Shown in pieces: positions 62,456 through 64,000 of a DNA stretch of 64,000 nucleotides. The position numbers were made by a program, and so were the translations under genes. Source of the DNA: an uncultured Thermotogae bacterium (lineage in GTDB: Bacteria > Bipolaricaulota > Bipolaricaulia > UBA7950 > UBA9294); the NCBI GenBank assembly GCA_964466035.1, contig CAYXLR010000006.1:28918-92917 (forward strand), given 5' to 3'. A model generated the notes under the pieces. It did no database searches. It saw nothing but the letters and a program-made list of their open reading frames with translations, and was not told the origin of the DNA. Numbering within the stretch: position 1 is the stretch's first letter; each line of letters starts with the position of its first letter.

Positions 62456-63070
62456 CTATCGTTCGATCGCCTCGGCGAGCCGAGTTCCGAGCTCCCGAGC
62501 CCTCTCGAGAAGGTCTTTCGACTTCGCTGCCTCGTCCGGCTCGAAGAGGCCGGTGACGAGGAACTCGTCCCACGGCGTGATCTCGTACGCTCGAAAGAGT
62601 GCGTCGACCGTCTGCTTCAGCCCGGAGAACTTCGGCGTCGGATCGGCGGCGACGGCCACAAGGAGGCCGAGCGCTGTTTCCCCCGCCGGGCGGAGCGACA
62701 CGCCTTGGTCCCGAGCGAGCGCCCTCCGAGCGCCGGTCGACTGGTTCCGATCGATGAATGCCTTCGCTGTCGAAGGCACGTTCCAGAAGTAGACGGGGGT
62801 GGCGAAAACGACTGCGTTCGCCTCAAGGAGACGGCGGCTGACCGTCTGGAAGTCGTCGATGAGGACGCACTCGCCGGTCGCCCTGCAGCGCTGACACCCG
62901 ATGCAGGCGGCGACGTTCAGTTCGGAGAGGGCAATCGTCTCGGTCTCCGCTCCGGCCCGATCCGCCCCCCGAAGGATCTCGCGAAGGAGCGTATCGGAGT
63001 TCCCGCCGCGCCGCGTGCTCGCGGCTAGCCCGAGGATTAGGGATCCAGCGTCGTGGGAGCGGTCGTTCAC
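62456..63070 (-). CDS. Flavodoxin-like iron-sulfur flavoprotein (NADPH-dependent FMN reductase family)
   Basis: ASTRRGGNSDTL, CIGCQRC..GEC..DDF, FATPVYFWNV..KAFIDR. Confidence 0.88.
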   Translation of the reverse strand: MNDRSHDAGSLILGLAASTRRGGNSDTLLREILRGADRAGAETETIALSELNVAACIGCQRCRATGECVLIDDFQTVSRRLLEANAVVFATPVYFWNVPSTAKAFIDRNQSTGARRALARDQGVSLRPAGETALGLLVAVAADPTPKFSGLKQTVDALFRAYEITPWDEFLVTGLFEPDEAAKSKDLLERARELGTRLAEAIER

Positions 63071-63105
63071 GGCTCCTCCTTCAGCGCTTCCTGCATCGCA
63101 GCGGG

Positions 63106-63468
63106 CTAGGTCGACAGCCCGATCCGGTTTCCCACGTCGTCCTCGACGAGCGCGAAGTGGCCTTCGCTCGGATCGTCGAGAGACTTCGGCGTCTTCGGCA
63201 TGATCACCCTTCCCCCCGCCGCCTCCACCCGCCGAAGGGTCGCGTCGATATCAGAGGCACAGACATGGACGATCGGCCCGAGCGGCGCAATCGCTTCGGG
63301 TTTCAGCTTGAACATCCCGCCGATCCCCTCTGGCCCCTCGAAGAACAGAAACGCTTCCCACCCTTCGCGCGCGTGAAACCGCCAGCCGAACGCTTGCTCG
63401 TAAAATCGTCGGCTCCGCGAGAGGTCGGTCGTGAAAAACTCGACGTAGCAGATCGCCCCGTCACGCAC
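63106..63468 (-). CDS. VOC/glyoxalase family protein
   Basis: ICYVEFFTTDL..FYEQAFGW, GIGGM, DIDATL..VEAAGG, FALVED..GNRIGL. Confidence 0.88.
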   Translation of the reverse strand: MRDGAICYVEFFTTDLSRSRRFYEQAFGWRFHAREGWEAFLFFEGPEGIGGMFKLKPEAIAPLGPIVHVCASDIDATLRRVEAAGGRVIMPKTPKSLDDPSEGHFALVEDDVGNRIGLST

Positions 63469-63625
63469 TCAAGCCTCCTGTTCGTCAAGCCGGGATTCGA
63501 TTCGCCTCGCGCCTGTACAGTATGATGCACAGTGCGTTAAGCTACACTTTACAACAATGGGAGGTCGAAGACCAAGGTGTCGCTCTGGACCTTCCCGTGA
63601 CGTCAGTGCGAAAGGAGAGACAACC

Positions 63626-64000
63626 ATGCCGTACGGGTACCGAGGGAACATCCTCCACGTCGACTTGACAAGAGGGGAGATCGACATCGAGCACCCAGAC
63701 GACTCTTTCTACCGTCGATACCTGGGCGGAAGCGCGATGGGCACCCACTACCTCCTCGCCCGAACACCACCGGGAGCCGATCCACTCGGCCCGGAGAACA
63801 CGCTCTCTCTGATGATCGGCGTCATCACCGGTGCCCCGTTCCCCGGGCAGTCTCGCGTGACGGTGGTGGCAAAGTCCCCGGTGACCGGCCTGGTAGGCGA
63901 TTCCCAGTGCGGAGGGTTCTGGCCGGCCGAGCTGAAGTTCGCTGGGTTCGACGGGATCGTGATCATCGGCAGGTCGGCCGAACCGGTCTACCTCTGGGTC
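63626..64000 (+). CDS. aor: Aldehyde:ferredoxin oxidoreductase family (tungstopterin), 3' end outside window
   Basis: MPYGYRGNILHVDLT, YLGG, DPLGPEN, KSPVTG..GDSQCGGFWPAELKFAGFDGIVIIG; SD AAAGGAG; not in the supplied track. Confidence 0.93.
   Translation, partial: MPYGYRGNILHVDLTRGEIDIEHPDDSFYRRYLGGSAMGTHYLLARTPPGADPLGPENTLSLMIGVITGAPFPGQSRVTVVAKSPVTGLVGDSQCGGFWPAELKFAGFDGIVIIGRSAEPVYLWV

Noticed and set aside
63540-63625. Hairpin GGGAGGTC/GACCTTCCC upstream of aor considered as a Moco/Wco riboswitch
   Set aside because: Only the terminal GAAAGGAG resembles the motif, and that is simply the RBS

Overview
A high-GC (roughly 65-70%, estimated by eye) chromosomal window from an anaerobic bacterium. 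From left to right it carries: an nfeD-floA membrane-microdomain operon; housekeeping genes (ruvB, ribF, tsaB, rpmB); a four-subunit 2-oxoacid:ferredoxin oxidoreductase; a ROK-regulated starch/maltodextrin cluster (maltosyltransferase-like GH13, divergent clan GH-D enzyme, GH57 amylopullulanase, malEFG, GH13 neopullulanase); glgA/galT-like, pfk, fba and accDA; acetate uptake and activation (acs, satP); a bacterial-type Wood-Ljungdahl carbonyl-branch cluster (cooC, acsB, acsC, acsV, cooC, acsD, acsE, cooS) with fhs and a HydCB-like/FdhF formate dehydrogenase; then fdhD, mobA, a decayed low-GC patch, coxS/coxM-like genes and the 5' end of an aldehyde:ferredoxin oxidoreductase. The gene mix is reminiscent of Bipolaricaulota (Acetothermia), but that is inference only. 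The most novel element is a ~2.4 kb lower-GC island at 55.7-58.1 kb. It lies between fdhF and fdhD and is bounded by ~200-250 bp composite direct repeats. It encodes a signal-peptide-bearing, double-glycine-leader-like peptide precursor, a small membrane protein, a stand-alone secreted C39 peptidase (FapD-like) and a FapF-like beta-barrel. This looks like a Fap-type export route for a bacteriocin-like or fibre-forming peptide with no ABC transporter. No CRISPR array, rRNA, intact tRNA or transposase was seen. All family assignments come from motif recognition by eye; no database searches were run.
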